In this document: piece by piece, positions 1 to 9,030 of the stretch | Layout of the letters: each line of letters starts with the position of its first letter | Numbering within the stretch: the first letter of the stretch is position 1 | Translations under genes and position numbers: made by a program | Notes under the pieces: model-generated | Told to the model about the DNA's origin: nothing | The model's database searches: none | Seen by the model: the letters and a program-made list of their open reading frames with translations, nothing else | Assembly: GCF_000007985.2 (NCBI RefSeq) | Contig: NC_002939.5 | Coordinates: forward strand, 540,001 to 572,000 | Source: Geobacter sulfurreducens PCA | Lineage (GTDB): Bacteria; Desulfobacterota; Desulfuromonadia; Geobacterales; Geobacteraceae | Reading direction: 5' to 3' | Length of the DNA: 32,000 nucleotides

Positions 1-2068
1 TCTCACCCGTCAGGCGATTGTACAGTTCGGTAAGGATGTCCCAGTCCTCACGGGCGTCGCCCGACGGAGCAACCGCCTTGGCAAGGGGTTGCACTCTGCC
101 GTCAATGGTCGTGAATGTTCCGTTCTTCTCGGCGGCTACGGATGAAGGGAAGACCACGTGGGCCATTTTTGCGGCCTCACCAGGGAATGGGTCCTGGACA
201 ATGAGGAGTTCCAACTTCTCCAGGGCCTTACGTATCCGCTCTCCTTCCGGAAACGATGCCACCGGGTCGCAGCCGAGGAGGTAGAGGGCCTTGACGCTTC
301 CCTGCTCGATGCCTTCAATGATTTGCCAGAGATCCTTGCCGGCAGCGGCAGGAAGTTTTTTGCCCCACGCTTTCTCGAAGGTGGTGCCGTCTGTCTGATG
401 ACCGGGGAAGTGGTCGGGAGCAACCCCCATATCGAGAAGACCGCGGATATTGGTCTTCTCATACACCGGGAAAAGCCCGCCGGTATCGCCTGCAGTGGCG
501 CCAAGAATCAGTGCGAGGTTGATTAGAGCCTTCACCGCGTCGGTATTGCCGCCACGCATGAGTTCGGCGCCGAAGATGACGGCAACTCCCTTCTTGCCTC
601 CGACAAGCCGCGCTGCTGCGCGCAGATCCGCTTCTGTGACGCCGGTCGCCGCGGCGGCATCGGCAATCGAGACTCCTGCCAGGGCCGCGGTCAGGTCGGA
701 AAGATTGCTGATGTTCGCGCTGCAGAACTCCTTGTTTTCCAGGCCTTCTTCGAGAACAGCTTTGGTCAGGGCATTGATGAGAAGAGTTTCGTTTCCCGGC
801 CGGTATTTAAGATGGCTGTTGGCGAACTTCTTGAGCTTAATGTCGCGCATGGCGGCAAGAACCAGCTTTGCATTGTTCTTTGTTGCTGCCTTGATGACCC
901 GATACTCCATGCCGGTCGCCTCGGCGTTCAGGTCGCAGCCGACAACGAGAACAGCGGTAGCTCGGTCAATGGCATCAATGGTAGTGCTGGCACCGGCGAT
1001 GCCAAGCATTTCCCTCAGGACCTTCTGAGTCGCGGCAAAGCCGAGGCGCGCCTCCGAATCGATGTTGCCGGTGCCGATCGCCGAACGCATGAGCTTCTGG
1101 AAAAGGTAGTTATCTTCGTTGGTGACCCGGGGAGAACCGAATCCCGCGACGGCGTCGGCGCCATGGCTGGCCACGATCTGCTTGAGCGCTGTTGCTGCAG
1201 TTCCCATAGCCGTATTCCAATCGGCTTTCTGGCCTTTCACCATCGGCTCGGCAAGGCGATCCGGGGAATTGATGTAGCTGTAGCCGAAGCGGCCATTGAT
1301 GCAGAGGTTGCCGCTGTTGTAGGTCGAGTCGTCGCTGGTTACGCGTTCCACCCGACCGTTACGGCTGTGGTATTCGATCTGGCAGCCGGTAGCGCAGAAG
1401 GGACACACGCTCGGCGTTGTCGTGAAGGCCCAGGGGCGGCCGCGGAATTTGAACGGCTTGCTGATAAGAGTGCCGGTGGGGCAGGCGGCCACACAGTTGC
1501 CGCAGAATTCGCAGTTGAGAGGGTTGCCGTCCACCGTATCGATAATGGTGGCTTCACCCCTGTTGACTACCCTGATGGCGTTGCAGCCGACAATTTCATG
1601 GTCGACCTTGACGCATTTCTCGCAGAGGATGCAACGGTTAGGATCGCTCTCAATCAGGGGCCAGTCGTAACGGATTTTGCGACGCTCAAGCACGGCGCCG
1701 TATTCCTGTTTTGCAGCGCCGAGGCCATAGCAGGCATTCTGGAGATCGCATTCACCGCCTGCATCACAGACGGGACAGTCGAGGGGGTGGTTCACCAGCA
1801 TCAGTTCCATGATCTTCTGGCGAATCCTCGATAGTTTCTCCGACTGGGTCGTTACCTTGATCCCGTCTTTGACCGGCGTGTTGCAGGCCGTCATGGGCCG
1901 GTCGACCCCTTCGATCTCAACCGCGCAGACGCGGCAGGCACCGGTAGGCGACACCTTCTTGAGCCAGCAGAGGGTCGGTATCGTGATCCCGAGGAGCGCC
2001 GCCGCATCGAGGATCGTGGTCTCCTTCGCTACTGTGATGTCCTTCCCGTCGATTGTAAGACTGACCAT
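1..2068 (-). CDS. sfrA: Formate-dehydrogenase-alpha/NuoG-like molybdopterin oxidoreductase subunit (SfrA-type NADPH oxidoreductase alpha subunit). The 3' end runs off the left edge of the window.
   Basis: I translated the minus strand from the ATG at 2068-2066. It gives MVSLTIDGKDITVAKETTILDAAALLGITIPTLCWLKKVSPTGACRVCAVEIEGVDRPMTACNTPVKDGIKVTTQSEKLSRIRQKIMELMLVNHPLDCPVCDAGGECDLQNACYG, a 2Fe-2S plus 4Fe-4S N-terminus of the NuoG/FdhA type. The same frame is still open at position 2, where it reads ...EAAKMAHVVFPSSVAAEKNGTFTTIDGRVQPLAKAVAPSGDAREDWDILTELYNRLTGE, typical of the MopB C-terminal region. It is absent from the ORF track because no stop lies inside the window. It sits immediately downstream of sfrB. 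Confidence 0.9.
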   Translation of the reverse strand, partial: MVSLTIDGKDITVAKETTILDAAALLGITIPTLCWLKKVSPTGACRVCAVEIEGVDRPMTACNTPVKDGIKVTTQSEKLSRIRQKIMELMLVNHPLDCPVCDAGGECDLQNACYGLGAAKQEYGAVLERRKIRYDWPLIESDPNRCILCEKCVKVDHEIVGCNAIRVVNRGEATIIDTVDGNPLNCEFCGNCVAACPTGTLISKPFKFRGRPWAFTTTPSVCPFCATGCQIEYHSRNGRVERVTSDDSTYNSGNLCINGRFGYSYINSPDRLAEPMVKGQKADWNTAMGTAATALKQIVASHGADAVAGFGSPRVTNEDNYLFQKLMRSAIGTGNIDSEARLGFAATQKVLREMLGIAGASTTIDAIDRATAVLVVGCDLNAEATGMEYRVIKAATKNNAKLVLAAMRDIKLKKFANSHLKYRPGNETLLINALTKAVLEEGLENKEFCSANISNLSDLTAALAGVSIADAAAATGVTEADLRAAARLVGGKKGVAVIFGAELMRGGNTDAVKALINLALILGATAGDTGGLFPVYEKTNIRGLLDMGVAPDHFPGHQTDGTTFEKAWGKKLPAAAGKDLWQIIEGIEQGSVKALYLLGCDPVASFPEGERIRKALEKLELLIVQDPFPGEAAKMAHVVFPSSVAAEKNGTFTTIDGRVQPLAKAVAPSGDAREDWDILTELYNRLTGE

Positions 2069-2191
2069 ATCCGTTTCACCCCTGGATAAGAGGCTCCCGG
2101 CCGGGAACGCACCGACGCCCGGGATCGTTGCCGATACCCGGGCCGCCGTGGCCCCGGCCGTGGGCCGAAGTGGCATGCTGAATGTGATGGA

Positions 2192-4210
2192 CTAAATGGC
2201 GGCCATGGCGACCCGGTAGCACCGGAGGCAGCGCTCTGCTTCCTCCACTGCCTGGGTATCGACAAAGCCGAGTTCCACTTCCTGGTAGTTGCCCTTGCTC
2301 GCCCGCTCTTGGCCGTGGACCTCGGCTTGGTGGGCCCGCTCCCGGGAGTCGAGCCAGGGAACCTTTTCGTTCTTGTCGTAGACCGGCATGTTCGTGAGGA
2401 TGTCCTCCATGAGTTCGTCCTCGGTAAGGTATGCCTTTCCTTCTTCAAGCCAGCGCTGAATCACCCGCGCGGCCCGATGTGCATTTCCAATGCAGGCGAC
2501 GACGGTCAGGGGGCCTATTTCGGCATCGCCGCCCGCGAAAACACCCTCAAGGTCAGTGATGAGTACCCGTGCAAGGGGGTTGCCCATGCCGTCTTTCAAG
2601 TCCTTGCCCGCCGCATCCTTGAGAGGAACGTACTTGGTGACAACGGTGTTCCACTTGGTGATGTCGATTCCCAGGTTGTCGGGGATGAAGGAAAGATCGG
2701 GATCCTGGCCAATGGCCGGGATGACGGTGTCACACTCGACCACGAACTCGCTGCCGGGAACCGGCTCGGGCCGGCGCCTCCCCGAGGCGTCAGGCTCACC
2801 GAGGGCCATTCGGACACATTCCACACCGGTCACCTGCTCGTTCTCATCCACGAGTACCCGTGTGGGGAGGACCTGGAACTCAAATCGTACCCCTTCTTCG
2901 TCGGCACCGTCCACTTCCCATACGTCGGCCGGCATTTCCTTGCGCGAACGACGATAGAGAAGTGTGGATTCTTCCGCTCCTTCCCGGAGAGCAACCCGCA
3001 CGCAGTCAATGGCAGTGTTGCCGCCGCCAACCACGACCACCTTTTTCCCCATGCCGGTGGGGCGTCCCATGTAGGCTTCCCGGAGAAAGTCGATACCGCC
3101 CTTCAGGAAGCCCTTGTAGCCCTTGTCTTCTCCCTCGACGCCCATGGGCTTGGAGCGGTGGGCGCCTGGTGCCAGGAAGACGGCGTCGAATTTCTGCTTG
3201 AGCTCTTCTAGGGAGATGTCTTTGCCGATGCGGGTGTCATAGATGATATCCACACCCATGGAGGAAATGATGTCGATATCGCGTTGGAGCAGGTGCCGCG
3301 GTTGGCGGTAGGGGGGGATGCCGACGGCGATCATACCGCCGCCGTATCCTTCGGGCAGGGCCTCGTAGATGGTGCAGGGATATCCTTCAAGGGCCAGGTA
3401 GTAGGCGCAGGCAAGGCCTGCCGGGCCGGCCCCGACAATGGCGACTTTCTTGTTTTTTTGCGGCTTGGGTTGCATGGGGGGGGCTGCGTTGTGCATCCAC
3501 TCGTAGTCGGAGGCGGAACGCTTGAGCACCATGATGTTGACCGAGTCGTCCACGTTCTTGCGGCGACAGTGGGTCTCGCAGGGGTGCGGGCACACCCTGC
3601 CGCAGACCGACGGCAACGGCATGTTGTCGCGGATGATATCAAGCGACTCATCGAATCGGTATTCCTTGATCGCCTCGATGTAGGCGGGAATGTCGATATG
3701 GGCCGGGCAGCGGTCCATGCAGGGGGCGGTGTACTTGTCGATGAACCGGTGTACGTTGGCGGGTTTGCGGATGCCGGTGATATAGGCGAGGAAATCTTCC
3801 CGGAAGTGTTTCACTGCATCGAGAACCGGGATCGTTGAGCTTTGGCAGAGGGTGCACTTGCAATTGGTGAGCAGGTCCGCCAGATCGTCGATGGTGTCGA
3901 GGTCTGCCTCTGTGGCCCGCCCCTCAATGATGGCCGCCAAAACGTCGGCAAGAACCTTGGTCCCCTTTTTGCCGGGGGTGCACTTGCCGCAGCAATACTG
4001 GGTCTGCACGCGCTTCATATATTCGGCCGCCATGGCCGGCACGTCAACCTTCAGGTCGTAAAGGATGATCCCATCCCACCCCATGAACGCGGCAATCTGC
4101 CGCTCGCCATCGAGGGTGGTCGGAAGGCGGAAGCTCACGTCCTGGGCTTCTCCCCCCTTGCGGTTATCGACGATTGTTCTTCCCCAGCTGGAAAAAACCA
4201 CCTGTGCCAC
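2192..4210 (-). CDS. sfrB: NADPH oxidoreductase beta subunit: a GltD-like FAD/NAD(P)-binding Fe-S flavoprotein with a NuoE/F-like Cys-rich N-terminus (SfrB type).
   Basis: The track has a 672-aa ORF. The GTG start at 4210 is preceded by GGAGG (complement of 4216-4220). Two dinucleotide-binding folds are present (KVAIVGAGPAGLACAYYLA and KVVVVGGGNTAIDC). There is a GltD-type Fe-S motif (CGRVCPHPCETHC) and N-terminal Cys clusters (CCGKCTPGKKG, CKCTLC). It is paired with the FdhA-like gene downstream, as in the soluble NADPH-dependent reductase SfrAB described in Geobacter sulfurreducens (recognised from memory). Confidence 0.9.
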   Translation of the reverse strand: MAQVVFSSWGRTIVDNRKGGEAQDVSFRLPTTLDGERQIAAFMGWDGIILYDLKVDVPAMAAEYMKRVQTQYCCGKCTPGKKGTKVLADVLAAIIEGRATEADLDTIDDLADLLTNCKCTLCQSSTIPVLDAVKHFREDFLAYITGIRKPANVHRFIDKYTAPCMDRCPAHIDIPAYIEAIKEYRFDESLDIIRDNMPLPSVCGRVCPHPCETHCRRKNVDDSVNIMVLKRSASDYEWMHNAAPPMQPKPQKNKKVAIVGAGPAGLACAYYLALEGYPCTIYEALPEGYGGGMIAVGIPPYRQPRHLLQRDIDIISSMGVDIIYDTRIGKDISLEELKQKFDAVFLAPGAHRSKPMGVEGEDKGYKGFLKGGIDFLREAYMGRPTGMGKKVVVVGGGNTAIDCVRVALREGAEESTLLYRRSRKEMPADVWEVDGADEEGVRFEFQVLPTRVLVDENEQVTGVECVRMALGEPDASGRRRPEPVPGSEFVVECDTVIPAIGQDPDLSFIPDNLGIDITKWNTVVTKYVPLKDAAGKDLKDGMGNPLARVLITDLEGVFAGGDAEIGPLTVVACIGNAHRAARVIQRWLEEGKAYLTEDELMEDILTNMPVYDKNEKVPWLDSRERAHQAEVHGQERASKGNYQEVELGFVDTQAVEEAERCLRCYRVAMAAI

Positions 4211-4263
4211 GTACGCCTCCGTTCAGACCTTCGCAGAGATGGTCGACGATGCTTAACTTTTTG

Positions 4264-4339
4264 AATTTACAAAACAAATATTGCTTTGCAAAGTGTATAC
4301 AGTATGCACTATCTAACACAACATTCTTTGATAAATCAA
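4264..4339 (-). promoter_or_regulatory. Two tandem candidate sigma70-type promoters for sfrBA in the only AT-rich stretch upstream of sfrB.
   Basis: Read on the minus strand. Candidate 1 is TTGATT (4339-4334), N17, TTAGAT (4316-4311). Candidate 2 is TTGCAA (4291-4286), N16, TAAATT (4269-4264). These are hexamer matches by eye only, and no transcription start is known to me. Confidence 0.3.
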
Positions 4340-4479
4340 GGGAAAAAATAATTAAAAAGCTGTTTCCGGGCGGGATTGTCATTTGCTATAGTTTTGGCTG
4401 CCCGGAGCCTCAGCGGCGCTGGGGGGATCGTTGCGGCGGCACGGAGTCCGGCAGTGCCGGGCCGGGAAGGGAGGGCTGT

Positions 4480-5604
4480 ATGTACCGGGAGGCGTTCGCA
4501 TCGCTGTTCGGAATTAATATGGGCGTGACGGCTGGAGAACGTATTCTTGTTTTCGGCGACAGGGCAAGATCTGACGAGGTGCTTTCGGCTGAGGATGCCG
4601 TCCGCCGGCAGCGGCTTCTGGCCGTTGCGGAAGAAGCCGGCCGATATGCCGATACCTCATACGGTAATGCCTCTTTTGTCTCATTCCCAGCCACCGCCGC
4701 GTCGGGTGCCGAACCGCCTGAAGTTCTCTGGCGTGCCGCCTTTGGCGATGCCGCAGTGAATGCCCTGGCGGCAGAGGGGGTTCTTACGCGCCTGCTGGCA
4801 AAGGAGGCGACCCCGGAGGACCTGGAGCGGGCTCGCCGGGTCGTGTTGTCCAACCGTCATGCCGCCGCGCAGGTGGTGGTTGCTCTCTCCAACAACTCCA
4901 CGAGTCATACGCGGTTCCGTCACCTGGTCAATGCGGTTGGCGGCCGCTTTGCCAGTCTTCCCCATTTTGACCCTGACATGTTCTTTTCCTCCATGCGGGT
5001 TGATTGGCACCAGTTGGCCGAACGGACCCGCCGGGTGGCTGATGCGGTTAATGGCGCGACCGCCCTGCGGGTGGAAACACCGAACGGTACGCGTATGAGT
5101 TTCAGCAAGGAGGGGCGGGTTGCCAAGGGAGACGATGGGCTTCTTTCCGCAGCGGGAAGTTTCGGCAACCTCCCTGCGGGAGAGGTCTACCTGGCTCCGC
5201 TGGAAGGAACAAGTGAAGGAGTCATGGTGCTCGAATGGGGGCCGACGCGCCGGCTCGACACTCCGGTCGAACTGGTGGTCAGGGCCGGTGCTGTCGTGGA
5301 GGTACGAGGCGACGATCTCCTGAGAGCAGCACTGGAGCGGAAGTTCGCCGAGAGCGATCTGAACCGGAATATCGCCGAACTGGGCATCGGTACCAATGAT
5401 CGGGCAACCCGGCCGGACAACGTCCTCGAAGCAGAAAAAATCCTTGGCACCATTCATATTGCCCTGGGTGATAATTCCGGCTTCGGTGGCACGGTGCAGA
5501 CACCGTTCCACGAAGACTATGTTTTTTACCGTCCCACCCTCATCCTTGTCTCGGAAGCCGGCACTGAAACCGTCCTGCTGCGCAACGGCAGTCTCTTGCT
5601 CTGA
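4480..5604 (+). CDS. M29 (AmpS/aminopeptidase T)-like metallo-aminopeptidase.
   Basis: The track ORF is 4174-5604. I prefer the in-frame ATG at 4480 (MYREAFASLFG...) because GGGAAGGGAGGG lies just upstream, whereas the 4174 start falls inside the sfrB coding and promoter region. The C-terminal block LGTIHIALGDNSGFGGTVQTPFHEDYVF resembles the M29 HIALG...H-x-D metal-site region. This is recognised from memory with moderate certainty. Confidence 0.75.
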   Translation: MYREAFASLFGINMGVTAGERILVFGDRARSDEVLSAEDAVRRQRLLAVAEEAGRYADTSYGNASFVSFPATAASGAEPPEVLWRAAFGDAAVNALAAEGVLTRLLAKEATPEDLERARRVVLSNRHAAAQVVVALSNNSTSHTRFRHLVNAVGGRFASLPHFDPDMFFSSMRVDWHQLAERTRRVADAVNGATALRVETPNGTRMSFSKEGRVAKGDDGLLSAAGSFGNLPAGEVYLAPLEGTSEGVMVLEWGPTRRLDTPVELVVRAGAVVEVRGDDLLRAALERKFAESDLNRNIAELGIGTNDRATRPDNVLEAEKILGTIHIALGDNSGFGGTVQTPFHEDYVFYRPTLILVSEAGTETVLLRNGSLLL

Positions 5605-5693
5605 ATATTCAAGAGTTTTTGTCTCAAGAATCGGCTTATTCTGTCGATATGTATACGTAAGAAGGTATCTATTACCCCTCAAGGGGGTGTGCT

Positions 5694-7334
5694 ATGGCCG
5701 GGGAGATAGAAGACGCAAAAGTCGGTCTCACCTTTCGGCTTGACGGTGGAGGGTACAAGCTCAGCGCGAGCTTTGTGCCGACCGATGAAAAACCGCCCAT
5801 CAACCTCACTTGGATCAAGCAGGCTCTAGCCGCAGCGGGGTTTGCCGACCTCTATCTCTACGAGCACGCCCTGGTGGAGCTGCTGAAGCGTTACAACGCC
5901 GCTAGCCAGCCGTTCACCTTTGACCTGGGCGAGCGTCGCAACGGTTCTTTCACCATCACCTGTACCCCCGATAACCTGGAAGCCCGTCTAACGATCATTC
6001 CGGCGTACGGCGGCAAAGCGGTCGCTGCGGAGCAGGTCAGGCAGGCACTGAAGGAAAAGGGGATCGTCTTCGGTGTTGACGAAGAGGCCATCAATCGGGC
6101 CATTGCCGACGGCGTGGCCTCTGATCTCCTGGTGGCACGGGGAATACCACCCCAGTCGGGCACCGATGGTGAACTGGTGAGCTTCGTTCCCGAGATCCGC
6201 GATCGCCAGCCTCAACTCCTCGATGATGACAGGGTCGACTACCGGAACCTGGGGCAGATTCTCAGTGTCCGTGCCGGCGAACCCCTCATGCGCCGCATTC
6301 CGCCCGTTGAGGGTGTTGCGGGGACCAGTATCACGGGGAAAGCCATTTCCTCCCCGCCTGCACGGGATGTAGCCTTTGCCCCGAATCTACCGGGGACTGC
6401 CTTTGATGCTGATGATCCCAACCTCCTCGTGGCCGCCGTGGACGGCCAACCCGTCCTGGTTGCCAACGGAATCGTCGTCGAACAGGTTCTCCGGCTGAAG
6501 CTCGTCGATCTGTCCGTCGGCAATCTGGATTTCAACGGAACCATCGATATCGCCGGAGACGTGGTTGCGGGAATGACCGTCAAAGCCAGCGGTGACATCA
6601 TCATTGGCGGAGTGGTTGAGGCATCCAGAATTGAAGCTGGTGGGAATATTGAGGTCCGTGGCGGTGTCATCGGCCAGGGGGATACCCGCTCCTCGGCTGC
6701 GGAAGCGGGGAGGGACACGGTGCGGATAAGGGCCGGTGGGTGCGTCTCTGCCCAGTTTGTCGAGAATGCCTTCGTTGAGGCGGGCGACAGCATCCAGGTG
6801 CAGGAGTTCTGCATGCAGAGCGAACTGGTGGCGGGCAACCAGATTGTCGTAGGGCATGACGGCGGAAGCAAGGGGCACGTCATTGGTGGCAGCTGCCAAG
6901 CGATCAATCTGGTCCGGGCGGTAACCCTCGGTTCGCACGCCGGCGTGCATACCACCGTGAGCGTGGGGGTCGACCCCCATGTTCGGGAACGTTTTTCCAC
7001 TGTGCGCCTCAAGCTCCAGGAAAAAGAGCGGGAAATGGACGAGCTTGCGAAGAAGCTTGAGTACTACGTGTCGCTGCCGTCGGCCCAGCCGGAACAGGTT
7101 GCGCGCACCCGTGAGGCCAGGGACAAGCTTCAGTCGGTCATTTCGGAGCTCACGGGGGAAAAGAAGCGTCTCCAGAAGCGCCTGGAACAGGTGGCCAGCG
7201 CCCAGGTCGTTGTGGAACGAGAGGCCCTGGTCGGGGTCGTGATATCCATCGGCGCGAAGGTCTTCCAGGTTGACGAGGATCTGGGCGCAACGGTCTTCCG
7301 CATCGAAGAAGGAGCCATTGTCGCTTCTTCCTGA
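5694..7334 (+). CDS. FapA / DUF342 family protein (beta-helix plus C-terminal coiled coil).
   Basis: 546-aa ORF with its ATG preceded by AAGGGGGTG (5681-5689). The N-terminal domain has the LTIIPAYGG...GIVFGVDEEAI motif typical of FapA_N. The central part is a repetitive left-handed beta-helix-like segment (DIAGDVVAGMTVKASGDIIIGGVVEASRIEAGGNIEVRGGVIG). The C-terminus is a charged coiled coil (LKLQEKEREMDELAKKLEYY...LTGEKKRLQKRLEQ). Confidence 0.8.
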   Translation: MAGEIEDAKVGLTFRLDGGGYKLSASFVPTDEKPPINLTWIKQALAAAGFADLYLYEHALVELLKRYNAASQPFTFDLGERRNGSFTITCTPDNLEARLTIIPAYGGKAVAAEQVRQALKEKGIVFGVDEEAINRAIADGVASDLLVARGIPPQSGTDGELVSFVPEIRDRQPQLLDDDRVDYRNLGQILSVRAGEPLMRRIPPVEGVAGTSITGKAISSPPARDVAFAPNLPGTAFDADDPNLLVAAVDGQPVLVANGIVVEQVLRLKLVDLSVGNLDFNGTIDIAGDVVAGMTVKASGDIIIGGVVEASRIEAGGNIEVRGGVIGQGDTRSSAAEAGRDTVRIRAGGCVSAQFVENAFVEAGDSIQVQEFCMQSELVAGNQIVVGHDGGSKGHVIGGSCQAINLVRAVTLGSHAGVHTTVSVGVDPHVRERFSTVRLKLQEKEREMDELAKKLEYYVSLPSAQPEQVARTREARDKLQSVISELTGEKKRLQKRLEQVASAQVVVEREALVGVVISIGAKVFQVDEDLGATVFRIEEGAIVASS

Positions 7335-7436
7335 GGCAAGCGGTGCATTGCGGCTTCCGCCGTTCTCCCCCTGATTGCCGTTGACACCGGCAACCGACTG
7401 TGAAATGGTTCCTGACCAGGGAGGTTTGGATAAGCC

Positions 7437-8030
7437 ATGAACATAATCGGACTTACCGGTGGGATCGCTTCGGGGAAGAGTACGGTGTCGCGGATTCTTG
7501 AGCGGCTCGGAGCGGTGGTGATTGATGCGGATCAGCTGGCCCGTGAGGCGGTCATGCCGGGTACGTCCGCCCATCGGTCCATCGTGGCGGCCTTCGGCGA
7601 GGGGATTCTGCTGCCTGACGGTGCCATTGACCGGAAGGCTCTCGGCAGCATCATCTTCGCCGACTCCTCTGCCCGGAAACGGCTGGAGGCGATAACACAC
7701 CCGGCCATCAGGGACCTTGCCGAGCTGCGTCTTGCCGAGCTGCGCCGGTCCGGCGTGCCGGTTGCCGTGTACATGGCTGCGCTCCTGATCGAAGCAGGCG
7801 CAACCGATCGGGTTGACGAGGTCTGGGTAGTGTATGTGGACCGGGAAACTCAGGTCCGGCGTGTAATGGCGCGGGATGGTCTGAGCCGCTCGGAGGCCGA
7901 GCAGCGGCTGGCGGCCCAGATGCCCATGGAGGAGAAGGCTGCGAGGGGGCAGGTGGTCATAGACAACAACGGCACACCTGAAGAGTTGGAGCGACGGATC
8001 GAGGAGATCTGGGCGAAGCGCTTCCCATGA
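7437..8030 (+). CDS. coaE: Dephospho-CoA kinase.
   Basis: 197-aa ORF. The N-terminal P-loop MNIIGLTGGIASGKSTVS and the overall length are characteristic of CoaE. Confidence 0.9.
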   Translation: MNIIGLTGGIASGKSTVSRILERLGAVVIDADQLAREAVMPGTSAHRSIVAAFGEGILLPDGAIDRKALGSIIFADSSARKRLEAITHPAIRDLAELRLAELRRSGVPVAVYMAALLIEAGATDRVDEVWVVYVDRETQVRRVMARDGLSRSEAEQRLAAQMPMEEKAARGQVVIDNNGTPEELERRIEEIWAKRFP

Positions 8031-8060
8031 AAAAAGCCCCCGGTAGACGGGGGCTTTTCT
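8031..8060. terminator. Bidirectional rho-independent terminator between convergent coaE and the IclR gene.
   Basis: AAAAAGCCCCC-GGTAGAC-GGGGGCTTTTCT. The stem is a 7-bp GC-rich helix, flanked by an A-run on one side and a T-run on the other, so both strands read as hairpin followed by U-tract. Confidence 0.8.
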
Positions 8061-8061
8061 G

Positions 8062-8844
8062 TTACCGATGAAAGCCGAGCTTCATGGATATCTCGTCGGC
8101 AGCCTTTTTGACAAGCGGTATCAACTCTTTGTCCAGCCGCTCGTCGGTAAAGCGCATTGAAGGTCCTGAAAGGCTCACCGCGCCGATGATCCGTCGGGTG
8201 TAATCACGGATCGGTGCGCCGACGCAGCGCACACCGATATCGAGTTCTTCGTTGTCCACCGCATACCCCTGCTCAACCACCTCCCTGAGGTGTTTTCTGA
8301 GAACTTCCCGGTCAGTGATGGTATTGGGGGTGAAAGGCTTCAGTTCGCGCTGGGGGAAGAAGCTGTCCAGTTCCTCGTCATTCATCCAGGCGATCTGGAC
8401 TTTGCCGGCCGCCGTGCAGTAAGCGGGGAGGCGAGAGCCGACCCGGGGAACAACCCGCACCGTCAGATCGGTTTCCACCACGTCCAGGTACACAATGCTC
8501 TGATCCTTGAGGATGGCGACGTAGGCGGTTTCGTTACACTGGTTGACGAGCCATTCAAGCACTGGCCGCGACTGGCGCAGCAGGCCCATCTGCCGGATGA
8601 AGGTCTGGCCCAGTTCAAGCGTCTTGAGACCGAGCCTGTAATTCTCCGTAACCTTGTTTTGCTCGATATATCCCCTCGACTCCAGGGTTGCCAGGAGCCG
8701 GAACACATTGTTCTTGTGCAGTTTCAGGCGTTTTGACAGTTCGGTCACGCCCAGCTCGTCCACATCGTCGTGGAACTGTTCCAGGAGATCGAGGGCGTGA
8801 TCGACTGCCTGGATGATGTATTCGGATTTGTCCTTCTTCGCCAT
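8062..8844 (-). CDS. IclR-family transcriptional regulator.
   Basis: The track ORF is 8062-8862. I prefer the ATG at 8844 (MAKKDKSEYIIQAVDHAL...) because AGAGGGA lies 6-7 nt upstream. The 8862 start is possible but has no RBS. The protein has an N-terminal winged HTH (ELSKRLKLHKNNVFRLLATLESRGYIEQ) and a C-terminal IclR effector domain (GVRCVGAPIRDYTRRIIGAVSLSGPSMRF). Confidence 0.9.
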   Translation of the reverse strand: MAKKDKSEYIIQAVDHALDLLEQFHDDVDELGVTELSKRLKLHKNNVFRLLATLESRGYIEQNKVTENYRLGLKTLELGQTFIRQMGLLRQSRPVLEWLVNQCNETAYVAILKDQSIVYLDVVETDLTVRVVPRVGSRLPAYCTAAGKVQIAWMNDEELDSFFPQRELKPFTPNTITDREVLRKHLREVVEQGYAVDNEELDIGVRCVGAPIRDYTRRIIGAVSLSGPSMRFTDERLDKELIPLVKKAADEISMKLGFHR

Positions 8845-8879
8845 CTCAATCCCTCTTCTCATGAAAAGATGAACGTATC

Positions 8880-8908
8880 AATTTAAGTCGGAAACGTACG
8901 GAAGTCAA
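8880..8908 (-). promoter_or_regulatory. Candidate sigma70 promoter of the IclR gene.
   Basis: On the minus strand: TTGACT (8908-8903), N17, TAAATT (8885-8880). The spacer contains two AAGTC copies (8885-8889 and 8902-8906) flanking a CGTACG palindrome. This could be an autoregulatory site. Confidence 0.4.
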
Positions 8909-9001
8909 GACAATCAATCCGGTCACGTCAGTCGACTCTTCACACGAAAGGCTGAACTCAATGAAAAATAATCCCTGAAACGATAGAATATTGTTTTATA
9001 A

Positions 9002-9030
9002 TTGTCAAGGCGGAATATTTTTTCTATAGT
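9002..9030 (+). promoter_or_regulatory. Candidate sigma70 promoter of the universal stress protein gene.
   Basis: TTGTCA (9002-9007), N17, TATAGT (9025-9030). This predicts a leader of about 120 nt before the ATG at 9158. Confidence 0.45.

Noticed and set aside
1-2068. Possible selenocysteine (in-frame TGA) in the FdhA-like SfrA.
   Set aside because: The reading frame from 2068 to the window edge contains no stop codon at all, which is why the ORF is missing from the track. There is therefore no Sec codon in the 689 codons visible. The remaining C-terminal part lies outside the window.
4174-4479. N-terminal extension of the aminopeptidase ORF, and the 72-aa minus-strand ORF at 4164-4382.
   Set aside because: Both run through the sfrB start codon and RBS and through the AT-rich promoter region. 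The composition is not coding-like, and a good SD precedes the ATG at 4480.
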